41,599 nucleotides of DNA from Octopus bimaculoides (Eukaryota): contig NC_068996.1 in the NCBI RefSeq assembly GCF_001194135.2, positions 48,796,209 to 48,837,807 on the forward strand, given 5' to 3'. Both the position numbers and the translations under genes were made by a program. The notes beneath the pieces are model-generated. The model made no database searches. It was not told the DNA's origin and saw only the letters and a program-made list of their open reading frames with translations. Below, piece by piece: positions 1 through 11,915 of this stretch (positions are counted from its first letter, which is position 1; each line of letters opens with the position of its first letter).

Positions 1-282
1 CTCGAATGTGGAATCTAAAAACAGAAACAATTCCTATCATAGTAGGTGCCTTAGGTATAATAAAAATATATTCAGACAAATACATAACAAAAACACCAGG
101 ACTTACAAATATACATAACATACAGAAAATTGCACTACTGGGTACTGCACACATTCTACGCAAAACACTTTCAATACAGTAAACATAAGAGCACCACAGC
201 AAACCACAGCACATACCCAAGGCACACAGAGCTGCGCTTGGTAGTGAAGTGAAAGTACGTTATAAAGATAAAACTACTGAAC

Positions 283-320
<38 letters not shown>
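1..320 (+). mobile_element. 3' end of an R4/Dong-like non-LTR retrotransposon (REL endonuclease C-terminus, 3' UTR, (TAA)n)
   Basis: 3-182 reads RMWNLKTETIPIIVGALGIIKIYSDKYITKTPGLTNIHNIQKIALLGTAHILRKTLSIQ*, followed by about 100 nt of UTR and (AAT)n at 283-320. Near-identical to 32862-33075. Confidence 0.8.
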
Positions 321-322
<2 letters not shown>

Positions 323-490
323 TGCTGTTTATCTTGATATAAGATCACCATGTTATGCCCATGTGGTTGTGATGCATGTGCCTGATGTACCTTCATTAGA
401 TGGGGTAGTCATGATGGTTATATTGGACTTTGTATATTTGTACCCCAGTGTCACATTGATGGCATGCACTGCTCTGTCGCTCAATAATAA
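321..490 (+). repeat. Fragment of unclassified dispersed repeat family F
   Basis: Aligns by eye with 31737-31870 (TGCTGTTTATCTTGATAT...TTGTACCCCAGTGTCA). Ends in CTCAATAATAA. Confidence 0.6.
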
Positions 491-1834
491 GACAGGATGG
501 TCACAACTGGAATGTCTTTCATTTACATATTTGGCCAATCAGAGTTAACCTAATGCTAAGCAACAATATTTGTGGCTGATGTTAAATATGAAAAGTCAAA
601 TAGAACGAAATAAATAAATAAAAAATACAAAGATAACAAAACTGACCTTTAAATGTTCTAAGTGTTTTCGCCTGAGTAGTAAACAAACAATTTCTCAGTT
701 TTCTTAAGATTTAAATAAAACTTTTTATAATCCAATACGTATAAATCCGCTTAAGATGACATCCAGACATGTTTCCAGGAAAAATCTTGCTTGTGATGCA
801 GTTCATATCTAAATAATAGTGTGTAGCTTAAACTAATATTTTCAGAAACCACGTCAACAAATTCATTAGACTGTACAGAAGGTTGATTTAATCAGAATGA
901 AGGAACCAAATTTAATTTTACATCAAGCAATAAAAAGTATATAAAATACAGCAATAAATACAGGAGCCTGACTGGCCACAAATCAGTTTTTTTTTTGTTT
1001 TTTGTGCTGGCTGCTGTTGAGAGCTTGGGTGTTCTCGGGGCTCCTGAACTGCCAGTTTCCTCCACAAAATCAGGATAACTATAGCCTGTCTGAGGAATGA
1101 GCCCCGCAAGGCTTTCACAGAGAGCGTTGCTGGCCATTCTCCATGGCAACGCTTTTGCAATCATGTCCACAGAGCGCAGCTGAATACACCATTTTTACTC
1201 CTTCCCACCCCATATTCTACTGNNNNNNNNNNNNNNNNNNNNNNNNNNNNNNNNNNNNNNNNNNNNNNNNNNNNNNNNNNNNNNNNNNNNNNNNNNNNNN
1301 NNNNNNNNNNNNNNNNNNNNNNNNNNNNNNNNNNNNNNNNNNNNNNNNNNNNNNNNNNNNNNNNNNNNNNNNNNNNNNNNNNNNNNNNNNNNNNNNNNNN
1401 NNNNNNNNNNNNNNNNNNNNNNNNNNNNNNNNNNNNNNNNNNNNNNNNNNNNNNNNNNNNNNNNNNNNNNNNNNNNNNNNNNNNNNNNNNNNNNNNNNNN
1501 NNNNNNNNNNNNNNNNNNNNNNNNNNNNNNNNNNNNNNNNNNNNNNNNNNNNNNNNNNNNNNNNNNNNNNNNNNNNNNNNNNNNNNNNNNNNNNNNNNNN
1601 NNNNNNNNNNNNNNNNNNNNNNNNNNNNNNNNNNNNNNNNNNNNNNNNNNNNNNNNNNNNNNNNNNNNNNNNNNNNNNNNNNNNNNNNNNNNNNNNNNNN
1701 NNNNNNNNNNNNNNNNNNNNNNNNNNNNNNNNNNNNNNNNNNNNNNNNNNNNNNNNNNNNNNNNATGTAAAAGAATAAATATATATATATTTATATATAT
1801 ATATATATATATAAATATATATATATTTATTCTT

Positions 1835-2063
1835 TTACATGTTTCAGTCATTTGACTGTGGCCATGCTGGAGCACCACCTTAAAAGGTTTTAGTCAGAGA
1901 AATCAATCCCAGGACTTATTCTTTTTAAGCCTAGTTCTTGTTCTATTGGTCTCTTTTGCCAAACTACTAAGTTACAGGGACATAAACACACCAACATCAG
2001 TTGTGAAGCGATGGTGGCAGGGTCAAACACAGACACAAACATAGACACATAAATATATATATA
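1835..2063 (-). mobile_element. SINE family A, tail and central part
   Basis: GTTTCAGTCATTTGACTGTGGCCATGCTGGAGCACC... is shared with the longer copies at 24745-25100 and 30985-31395. Confidence 0.8.
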
Positions 2064-3943
2064 CATCATCATCATTATCATCATCCTCGTTTAACATCTG
2101 CTTTCCATGCTGGCATGGGTTGGACATTTTGAATGAGGACTGGTGAGCAAGAGGCTGCACCAAGCTCAATCTGATCTGGCAAAGTTTCTACAGTTGGATG
2201 CCCTTCCTAACACCAACCACTCCAAGAGTGTAGTGGGAGCTTCTACGTGACACCAACATGAGGACCAGTTGAGTGGTTCTGGCAATGACCACACTCAAAA
2301 GGTGTTTTTTATGTGCTACCTGCACGGGAGCCAATCTGGCAGCACTGGCAACAATCACACTCAGATGTGCTTTTAACATTCCACTGGCATGTGTGCCAAT
2401 CAGGCAGCACTGTCATCGGCCACGTCAGTGATTTTAATTTTGATTTCACTTGCCTCATTAGGTTTTTGCAAGCAAAGTTTATTGTCCAATGAATGAGGTG
2501 TATTCATAAGTGGGCTGGTTACATGCACTGGCATAGGCCACGGGTTATGGTCTCACTTGGCTTGTTGGGTCTTCTCAAGCACAGCATATTTCCAAAGGTC
2601 TCGGTCACTAGTCATTGCCTTGGTGAGGCCTAATGTTCGAAGGTCACGCTTCACCCCCTCATCCCAGGTTTTCCTGGGTCTACCTCTTCCACAGGTTCCC
2701 TCAACTGCTAGGGTGTGACACTTTTTTACACAGCCATCCTCATCCATTCACACCACATGACCATACCTGCGCAGTCGTCTCACCACACCACATCTGACAC
2801 TTCTTAAATCCAACTTTTCTCTCAGGGCACTTACACTCTGTCATGTATGCACACTGACATTACACATCTATCGGAGTATACTGGCTTCATTCCTTTCAAG
2901 CTTACACATGTCTTCAACAGTCACAGCCCATGTTTCACTGACATGTAGCATGGCTGTTCGTACACATGCATCATACAGTCTGCCTTTTACTCTGAGAGAG
3001 AGACCCTTTCTCACCAGCAGAGGTAGGAGCTCTCTAAAATTTGCCCAGGCTATTCTTATTCTAGCAGCTACACTTTCAGAGCATCCGCCCCTGCTACTGA
3101 CTTGGTCACCTAGGTAACAGAAGCTATCAACTACTTCTAGTTTTTCTCCCTGGAATGTGACAGAAGCTGTTCTCTGCACATTTTCAGTGTTTATTGCTCC
3201 TGAGCATCTGCCACATACAAAAACTATCTTCCCAATTAGCCTCCCTTTGATATTGCTGCACCTCTTATGTGTCCATAGCTTACACTGGGTACATCTTATG
3301 AAGTTTCTACCTACACCTTTTCTACAGATCGAGCGGGGCCATCTACCTGAAGAGATTTGTGATTTGTTTGCCTTCCTACTTACTAAGACTTTGGTTTTAG
3401 CTAGGTTGACTCGAAGGCCCTTTGATTCTAGACCTTGTTTCCATACCTGAAACTTCTCCTCTAGTTCTGATAGTGACTCAGCAATTAGCACAAGGTCATC
3501 AGCATAGAGGAGCTCCCAGGGGCATCCTGTCTTGAATTCCTCTGTTATTGCCTGGAAGACTATGATGAATAAGAGGGGGCTGAGGACTGATCTTTGGTGG
3601 ATCCCTACCCATACTCAGAATTCTTCACTGTACTCATTGTCAACCCTCACCTTACTGACAGCATCCCTGTATATGGTTCGCACAGCTCTCACTAACCATT
3701 CATCTATCCCTAGTTTCCTCATTGACCACCAGATGAGGGATCGAGGGACTCTGTCAAAGGCTTTCTCCATGTCCACGAAAGCCAGGTACAGAGGTTTATC
3801 TTTGGCTAGGTATTTCTCCTGCAGCAGTCTTACCAGAAATATAGCATCAGTGGTGCTTTTCCCAGGCACAAACCCAAACTGCATCTCATCTAGACTGACT
3901 CTCTTCCTAATTTGTTGGGCTATGACCCTCTCCGTGACCTTAA
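2064..3943 (-). mobile_element. 5'-truncated, inactivated RTE-clade LINE (RT, C-terminus, about 490-nt 3' UTR, (GAT)n tail)
   Basis: Reads QFGFVPGKSTTDAIF...AFVDMEKAFDRVP, then LLYADDLVLIAE, a CSICxKGVGRNxxxCxxCxxWxHKRC-type cysteine region, YLG and GRGRPRKTW. In-frame stops at 3615 and 2868 plus a frameshift. The UTR runs into (CAT)n at 2064. Confidence 0.92.
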
Positions 3944-4309
3944 CAAGATTGTCCAGGTATCAGTGCATTACAGCTGTTTCAAACAGCTCCATTTAATCAA
4001 TCAGTGCAAACATTACATCAATTTGAAATAAACCGCTCTCCTCAGACGAGTACGACCATATAAATTTCCAATATATAGGATACTCCATTATAATTTTTTT
4101 AGCAAATTATTCATCAGTACGAGAGACTAAAATAATTACATTGCTTCTTTTTGCTATAATTGCAGCAGAATGAATTTAGAGAAAAAATACCTAAAGCCTA
4201 CTGTAAGTTAGAGCGGTAGAAGAAAATAATGGGGGTCAAGAAAGAGGAATGGTGATATAGCTACATTTAAAATTGTAAATATTTAATCGATACAGTTACT
4301 TCACCCCTT

Positions 4310-4380
4310 TTATGTTTGTCTGTCCTTGTTCATCCCCTCTTTGTAATGCCTTTATGGCAAATATTTATGAAATAAAGTAG
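4310..4380 (+). repeat. 3' tail fragment related to element G (38907-39641) and SINE C1
   Basis: TTTGTCTGTCCTTGTTCATCCCCTCT resembles the C1 tail. TGTAATGCCTTTATGGCAAATATTTATGAAATAAAG resembles the end of element G. Confidence 0.5.
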
Positions 4381-5084
4381 TCTACATCCCCTTGAAATTA
4401 AAAACATTGGGAATTGACAGTTAATTTCTTGCTGTTAGTGATAAATTAATTAATGTCAGATTCTCTTCCCTACCCCTATTTTACTGTGACCATAAAACTA
4501 GCCATGTCTACATAAAAGAATATGTCTCAGAAATTACTAGGAAGATAATGATATATAGAGAGGAGGTGATAACCAGAAAGAGAAAGGGCAGGGTTAACTT
4601 GACATATGATTATCAACTAAAAGGGGCCTAAAATGGAAAAAAAAAGGGGTCACAATGAGATCTAAGTCTGGGAATTAGAAATACAGGGAGAAAAAATGTG
4701 CTTCCAAACTTAGCAAAATTTTGAAATATTAAAATTTAGAAAAAGATTTAAGGATCAAGTAAGAGAAAAGGGATAGATAAAAGCCATAAAAGTGGGGGAC
4801 TTTTAAATAAAATAGAAACCTCATAATGTTTCTTCCTAGCATACTGTTAAGGTGGTCATGATAAAACTATTCAACAATGAGCCCATAATTAAATTCAGAT
4901 ATCATCCGAGTAGGGGTATACATTTTCTATTGAATCAAAACCAAAGATCAAGGGCTAAAAAATAAAATAAACATTTCTATGACAGGTAAACTTATTTAAA
5001 AACCATGGAAAAATATATTTATTTAAAAATTACCAACATTATAAAAAAAATCTGAAAGGGAATAAGAAGGTATGAAAATATACA

Positions 5085-5110
5085 TAAATATATATATATA
5101 TAAATATATA

Positions 5111-5194
<84 letters not shown>

Positions 5195-5225
5195 TAAAAA
5201 TATCATATATATATATATATATATA
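5085..5225. repeat. (TA)n/(CA)n compound microsatellite
   Basis: Directly visible. Confidence 0.95.
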
Positions 5226-5579
5226 TAAATGAAATATATAGTGCAATTATAAAATATAAATACCATATTGTATTATATCATAACATGATTACTATAGAGA
5301 GAAGTTACAAACCCCTTCACAATCTATAGAAATTACACCAGTATATATGAGGGTATATAGATATCCAAAATACAATAGTATAATATAAGATAAAAGAATA
5401 GATAAAATAAAATAAAAATGAATAAAAGGGAAAAAAATATTTGTATAAAATTTCAATAAAGGATTTATAGAATATAAAAATAGAAATAATGATAAGAATT
5501 TTACGTTTTGAATGCCATAAAATATATACTGAATATAAAAAGAGAAAAAAGAGAAAAAAAAATAAGGATAAGTGATGGT

Positions 5580-5939
5580 TGTTGTTGTTGGCACTCCGTC
5601 GCTTACGACGTCAAGGGTTCCAGTTGATCCGATCAACGGAACAGCCTGCTCGTGAAATTAACGTGCAAGTGGCTGAGCACTCCACAGATATTCAGCGTGA
5701 GACAGTGTGACAAGGCTGACCCTTTGAATTACAGGCACAACAGAAACAGGAAGTAAGAGTGAGAGAAAGTTGTGGTGAAAGAGTACAGCAGGGTTCGCCA
5801 CCATCCCCTGCCGGAGCCGCGTGGAACTTTAGGTGTTTTCGCTCAATAAACACTCACAACGCCCGGGCTGGGAATCGAAACTGCGATCCTACGACCGTGA
5901 GTCCGCTGCCCTAACCATTGGGCCATTGCGCCTCCACTT
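5580..5939 (-). mobile_element. tRNA-derived SINE family D, near full length, (CAA)n tail
   Basis: Reverse complement of 14833-15224. A-box-like TGGCCCAATGGTT and B-box-like GGTTTCGATTCC. TSD ATAAGT(G/C)ATGGT at 5568-5579 and 5940-5951. Confidence 0.88.
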
Positions 5940-6454
5940 ATAAGTCATGGTATTCATAACAAAAGCTAATTAAAAAAAAGTAAAATAAGATAAAAATACC
6001 ATTGGAAATGGTTTTATAAAATATTTGCAAGATATATTATTATAGGCACAGATGTGTGTAGAATCATACCAGTTCTTAGGGGATATATAATATACTTAAG
6101 GGAATCATGGGTTCTGGTAATCAATTATAAATATACCTATTATGATTGATTGGGAAGAAAGTCATAGAACCAAAGGGGAAATAGTGTAATCTAAGTATAG
6201 GAAGAATGCAGATGAAACAGGTAGGGGTTATAAAAGGGCAATATTACGTATAATTCCATCCAATAGAGGGTATGTTATGAAAGACATGACACCCCCAGAT
6301 AATTTCTGCCACTAAATCATAGTATGATATGTATAATATTATTTGTTTCTAAAATATTTGAAGGTAACTTCGAGCCATGAAGACAATATTAGACTGACCT
6401 GGTGCCTCAACTTAAGTACCTAATTCAAGTGAATCTTAATTATTTATGTATAAC

Positions 6455-7066
6455 TTAGATGACTTAGATATGTTTCGACCGAAGATTGGTCCAGGCCATG
6501 TCTGACTTAATAGCACCGCTTGATAGGATTATCTAAATCCTTTTTAAGTCAAGTTTTGTGATATCATGGTCCATTCAAGTAGTGAGTTCTTGTTGAGAGT
6601 TGTATCCGGGTATAGGTGGCTTATCCGGTATTCCTTGAAGAAATCTGTCTAGACTCCATTTAGAGGTGATGGGCTCCTTTTCCTCTTTGATCAGTTTTGG
6701 AGCAATGTTAAACAGGGCAGGGCCTGTTGAGGAAAAGAAATTATGCCGCAGTGTACCTATATGTTGTGATCCTGAATTGGGCAGGGGACGTATGGCCCGT
6801 GGTCCCAGCCTTGGATGAACCTTGAAGCCAATGTTCAGATCGTTTGGGCAATGCTAGTGGGATATTCTCCACATCATGCAAATGATGTACCACCTGTGGT
6901 GGCACTGGAAAGAGTAGAGTTTCAAGGCTTTAAAGCAGTCCCAGTAATCGAGATCAGTCATGCCCTTAATTTGTTTAGTGAATGCCCTCTGGGGTGATTC
7001 AATTTGTGAGATGTTTTTTTTTGTATGTGGAGACCACAGGGGACAGTAGTATTCGAGGTGTGGCCA
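6455..7066 (-). mobile_element. 3' fragment of a CR1/L2-like LINE (degenerate RT C-terminus and short 3' UTR)
   Basis: Minus strand reads PHLEYYCPLWSPH...IESPQRAFTKQIKGM...DYW...LKLYS...GPALFN...LDRFLQGIPD with stops. Ends in a stem-loop, GAAAC and TCTAAGT repeats. Confidence 0.8.
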
Positions 7067-7084
7067 TGATATATATATATATCA

Positions 7085-7165
7085 TGGCCAGCTCCATGTC
7101 ACACTGTCCAACCCATGCCAGCATGGAAAGTGGACATTAAGCGATGATGATGATGATGACGATGA
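7085..7165 (+). mobile_element. Extreme 3' end of the RTE 3' UTR (family B) with (GAT)n
   Basis: GTCCAACCCATGCCAGCATGGAAAGTGGACATTAAGCGATGATGAT matches the reverse complement of 2064-2130. Confidence 0.8.
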
Positions 7166-7231
7166 AGGAGGAGGGGGTTGTTCTTTTGTTTTGTTTTTAT
7201 TCTTAAGTTTTTTTTATTTTCTGATTTATAG

Positions 7232-7476
7232 ACCGTGAGAATGTTTTTACCTGAGATGCAGCAGTTAGAACATGGCCACATTGTGACGATTGGATCTTGT
7301 CTTGGAATCTCAGGAATGGATGGTGTTTCATCCTATTGCAGTTCCAAGTTTGGTGTGACTGCCTTTGCTGATTCTCTGGCAGCCATGTTAGACAGTGCTA
7401 CCTACAAAGGTGTTCAATCCACTGTCGTTTATCCCTTCCAGATTTCTAACAGTATGTTTGCTGGCTGTGAAATTAG
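7232..7476 (+). CDS. Internal exon of an SDR16C-family short-chain dehydrogenase/reductase (epidermal retinol dehydrogenase 2/RDH10-like), catalytic exon
   Basis: Pyrimidine tract and AG at 7230-7231. Reads TVRMFLPEMQQLEHGHIVTIGSCLGISGMDGVSSYCSSKFGVTAFADSLAAMLDSATYKGVQSTVVYPFQISNSMFAGCEI(R). Contains GHIVTIxS (catalytic Ser) and YCSSK (YxxxK). Donor AG|GTTTGT at 7477. Phase 0 in, phase 2 out. Confidence 0.93.
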
Positions 7477-7533
7477 GTTTGTCTTTTTTATATTACGTTT
7501 TAATTTCATTTTCTTCATTTCTTTCCTTCTTGG

Positions 7534-7603
7534 TATGTGTGTATGTGTATGTGCATGTGTGTGTGTGTATTGTGTGTGTGTTTGTGTGTGCATCTAATTG
7601 TGC

Positions 7604-7636
<33 letters not shown>

Positions 7637-8120
7637 TATATATATATATGGAAAGATGATTTATATGTGTGTGTGTGTATATATTTGAGAGTGTGTGTAT
7701 GTATGTGTGTGTATGTGAGAATGCATATGTGGGAAGGTGATGTATATATGTGTTTGTGAGTGTGTGTATGTGTGTGTGGTATGTATATATATATATATAT
7801 ATATATACCACACACACATACACACACAGTGTAGGCTCGAAACGTTAAAGACTTTCTCTATTCCCGAGCGTTAAACTAATACATCCATTTGTTGTTTACA
7901 CCACCTGTCTTCGTCTGTTGTTTTTTTTCGTAAATTCTCCCATATATATATATATACATGTATATGTATCTGAGTGTGTGTATATATGTATGTTTGCATG
8001 TGGTGAGCAGATGTGTGTGTGTATGTGTGATTGTGCATGTATATATGCGAAGATGATTTATGTATGTGCATGTTGTGTGTATATACTTGAGTGTGTTTAT
8101 GCAAGTGTGTAGTATGTATG

Positions 8121-8181
<61 letters not shown>

Positions 8182-8300
8182 ATGTATGTATCTGAGTGTG
8201 GGTATCTATGTGTCTGTGTGTGCATATGCATGTAGGTATGTTGTTATGTATGTGTCCATGTATATGTATCTGTACGTATGTATGTATGTATGTATGGATG
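7534..8300. repeat. Compound (TG)n/(TA)n/(TATG)n microsatellite field
   Basis: Directly visible. It accounts for the VCVC/YIYI ORFs in the track. Confidence 0.95.
7829..7941 (+). mobile_element. Short terminal fragment of a putative Penelope-like element
   Basis: Near-identical inverted copy of 13449-13557. Carries only the 3' half of the hammerhead-like motif (GCTCGAAACGTTAAAGA) and abuts (AT)n. Confidence 0.55.
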
Positions 8301-10189
8301 GATGGATGGACGGAGGGACGGAGGGACGGAGGGACGGAGGGACGGATGGGTGAATGGATGTAAGGTATGTATATATGTATGTAAGTTTACATAGTTTTTT
8401 CTTTCGAATTGCTCATCAGCAAAAAAAGAGCTAGTTTCTAACCTAAAAACCAGGCTCTACCATTGAAATTTAGACAGCTTCAGCATAATAGCCTAGTGTG
8501 TGCATGCATGCATGTATGTGTGTGTGTGTGTGTGTATGTGTTTGTGTGCAGGAGTGTATGTTTTTGGACATATATACATACAAAGTTGTTTATTATATTC
8601 ATTGGACATAGTTATCAACATCAAAATTATTTGAAACCATACAATTTATCTGAAATAAATTAAGAATTGTCTGCTTCTTAATATCAAAGATTCAGGTGTT
8701 ATTATCCAAATTTCTGTGTTAAACAATTTTTGGACATCATTCATATTATTAACATATTGCAGTCTGCATTATTTTTGAAATTCAAATGTCAGCTTCAAGT
8801 CTCCAAAGTTTTTGATATTTGACAGAATAACATATAATAAAATCAAAAATAGATAAATTAAATTGTTTTTTGATAATATGAATTTTTGTCCAGTGAAAAA
8901 AAGCAGCCAAGATGATATTTTCTTTAACATTGCTAAAAATGTACGATAAGTACTTCACATCATTTTCTTGACTTTACATCGTTATTTACTTACCTTTTTT
9001 TTTTCTTCATGAAATTAATGGGAAAAAATAAACCTCAACTTCAGTCGGTTTATTCCATTTTACGTCAGTTTCAGCAAAACATATTTAAAAGAATAGAAAT
9101 TAAATTTAAAAAAACAAAAAAAAAAACACATGAAAACTAAGTCTGAAATTTTAAAAAAATCGAATAAAATACTTGTGAAAATATGTATAAATTAGTTTAT
9201 TAAAAGAAATAAAAGTCAATATATTGTAAAAGAAATTTACATAGTTTCAATGTTTACACTTATTCACATAGTGTTTGAGATCTTTAATTCCAGCGTTCCA
9301 ACATACGGTTGCGCTCTAGTTCATACCAGGAAATTCAAATGTGTTTACTTTGTTTACATTGTTTTGCTTTTCATACACCATACTTCCTGCGTTTAAAGTA
9401 TAGCATTTCATAACACTAGAAGTGTCTTTCTTTTAATGAATTTTATTGAATTTTTTTATTGCTCTTTTCAATTTTTTTTTTTTGCGTGTGTGTATTACAT
9501 AATTTTTTTTTAGTTAAGCTGCAATGTCTTGGAATCAATTATCAATGTAAGTTGAAGTATGTCTGTATAAAATGTGTGTGTGTGTGTGTATAGAGTTTTT
9601 GAAGTGGTGTACAGATATTGTATATTGTGAAATAGGAAGCAGTCAGAATTTTGGATAATTCTTTATTAGTGCTTTCGTTTGTTTTTTGAACTCGTCAAGA
9701 CAAAATCAAAATAAAAAAGGTTAAAACAGAATGTTTCATTGTTCTGTTTAGAAGAAGAGAATATTGTTTTTTTTTTTATTTTATTTAGTTTTTTTTTTTG
9801 GAAAAAGGGGAAGAGAGAGAAAGAAAAGCAACTGGGGTGGGGGATAGAGAGTGAGAGAGGTTTCAGAACAATCAAGAAAGGGGAGAAAAAATAATAATAA
9901 AGGAGGCGAAAAGATAGATAGACAGACAGAGGCTTCTTTTCAATTTGATGTCAAATTCATTGAAATTTCATTACAAAGCATTTTTCTTTTTCCTTTCTTC
10001 GTTTTTTTCTTTCCATTGTATACCTATCAACATATTTGTAAATAAAGACATTTTCTCACAAGNNNNNNNNNNNNNNNNNNNNNNNNNNNNNNNNNNNNNN
10101 NNNNNNNNNNNNNNNNNNNNNNNNNNNNNNNNNNNNNNNNNNNNNNNNNNNNNNNNNNNNNATAAATTAAGAAACATTCAGAATATAAA

Positions 10190-10475
10190 AACATGCCAGT
10201 GCCGCTGGACTGGCTCCTGTGCAGGTGGCACGTAAAATACACCATTTTGAGTGTGGCCATTGCCAGTACCACCTGACTGGCCCTCGTGCCGGTGGCACGT
10301 AAAAGCACCCACTACACTCTCGGAGTGGTTGGCGTTAGGAAGGGCATCCAGCTGTAGAAACTCTGCCAAATCAGATTGGAGCCTGGTGTAGCCATCTGGT
10401 TCACCAGTCCTCAGTCAAATCGTCCAACCCATGCTAGCATGGAAAGCAGACGTTAAACGATGATGATGATGATGG

Positions 10476-10506
<31 letters not shown>

Positions 10507-10515
10507 GATGATGAA
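10190..10515 (+). mobile_element. RTE 3' UTR copy (family B) with (GAT)n tail
   Basis: GGCGTTAGGAAGGGCATCCAGCTGTAGAAAC...GTTAAACGATGATG is homologous to 2064-2400. Confidence 0.88.
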
Positions 10516-11877
10516 TTTGATACTATTTATGATTCAATTGACTCTCAATGTACATTTAATCAAACATCACACTTGGGTCTTTGTATGTATATTGTATATT
10601 TAGCTGGAAGCCACTTTGTAGGATATAAATTATATAATAAAGCAGAGACTGCTTAAGTATATTTTTTTGAGTATGTTTCATCCTCTTGTAGGATTTATTT
10701 TAATTTTTATATTCTGCTTAGATAAGATAATTCAAAAGAGATCTTTTTCACAAATTACTTTGCCAAATAGCTACATTAGATATCTTTCCTAATCAGTGGT
10801 AAAAAGCTTCTAGTATTCTTTTTTCTTACATATACCTGAGAAATTGAATAATAAGAAATACCAAATTATTTTTTTATATTCCAACTTTAAATTCCTATTT
10901 TATGAATATTTAATGTTTGTTCATGCAAAACATAGAATTACACAGAATATGGGACTTGGCCATGCAGTGTAAAGGAATGTACATTCTCGTAGGACTTTAA
11001 ACTTTGCACTCTTTTTATTTTTCAGTGATGACTGCACCCTCCCCACTTTTCTTATTTCTCTCATCCTACTTCTTAAAACTGACATCTTTGAAAAGTCACC
11101 AGTCCTTGTAAGAAAATGTGTTTATTTACAAATAAGTTGATAGGTGTACAATGGAAAGAAAAAAGGAAGAAAGGAGAAATNNNNNNNNNNNNNNNNNNNN
11201 NNNNNNNNNNNNNNNNNNNNNNNNNNNNNNNNNNNNNNNNNNNNNNNNNNNNNNNNNNNNNNNNNNNNNNNNNNNNNNNNNNNNNNNNNNNNNNNNNNNN
11301 NNNNNNNNNNNNNNNNNNNNNNNNNNNNNNNNNNNNNNNNNNNNNNNNNNNNNNNNNNNNNNNNNNNNNNNNNNNNNNNNNNNNNNNNNNNNNNNNNNNN
11401 NNNNNNNNNNNNNNNNNNNNNNNNNNNNNNNNNNNNNNNNNNNNNNNNNNNNNNNNNNNNNNNNNNNNNNNNNNNNNNNNNNNNNNNNNNNNNNNNNNNN
11501 NNNNNNNNNNNNNNNNNNNNNNNNNNNNNNNNNNNNNNNNNNNNNNNNNNNNNNNNNNNNNNNNNNNNNNNNNNNNNNNNNNNNNNNNNNNNNNNNNNNN
11601 NNNNNNNNNNNNNNNNNNNNNNNNNNNNNNNNNNNNNNNNNNNNNNNNNNNNNNNNNNNNNNNNNNNNNNNNNNNNNNNNNNNNNNNNNNNNNNNNNNNN
11701 NNNNNNNNNNNNNNNNNNNNNNNNNNNNNNNNNNNNNNNNNNNNNNNNNNNNNNNNNNNNNNNNNNNNNNNNNNNNNNNNNNNNNNNNNNNNNNNNNNNN
11801 NNNNNNNNNNNNNNNNNNNNNNNNNNNNNNNNNNNNNNNNNNNNNNNNNNNNNNNNNNNNNNNNNNNNNNNNNNNNN

Positions 11878-11915
<38 letters not shown>

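Noticed and set aside
918-1222. Minus-strand ORFs 892-1170 and 918-1160 as a host exon
   Set aside because: No recognisable domain or splice pair. At most there is a faint resemblance to a decayed RTE C-terminus.
4380-6340. A-skewed AT-rich stretch as a mitochondrial insertion or PLE body
   Set aside because: No mitochondrial or RT/GIY-YIG motif was recognised in the frames I read. Composition alone is not evidence.
8395-8430. Second hammerhead-like motif CUGAUGA-GCAAUUC-GAAA (minus strand)
   Set aside because: No stem III or NUH cleavage site, and stem I is only U/A homopolymer. It could be a decayed relic but cannot be supported.
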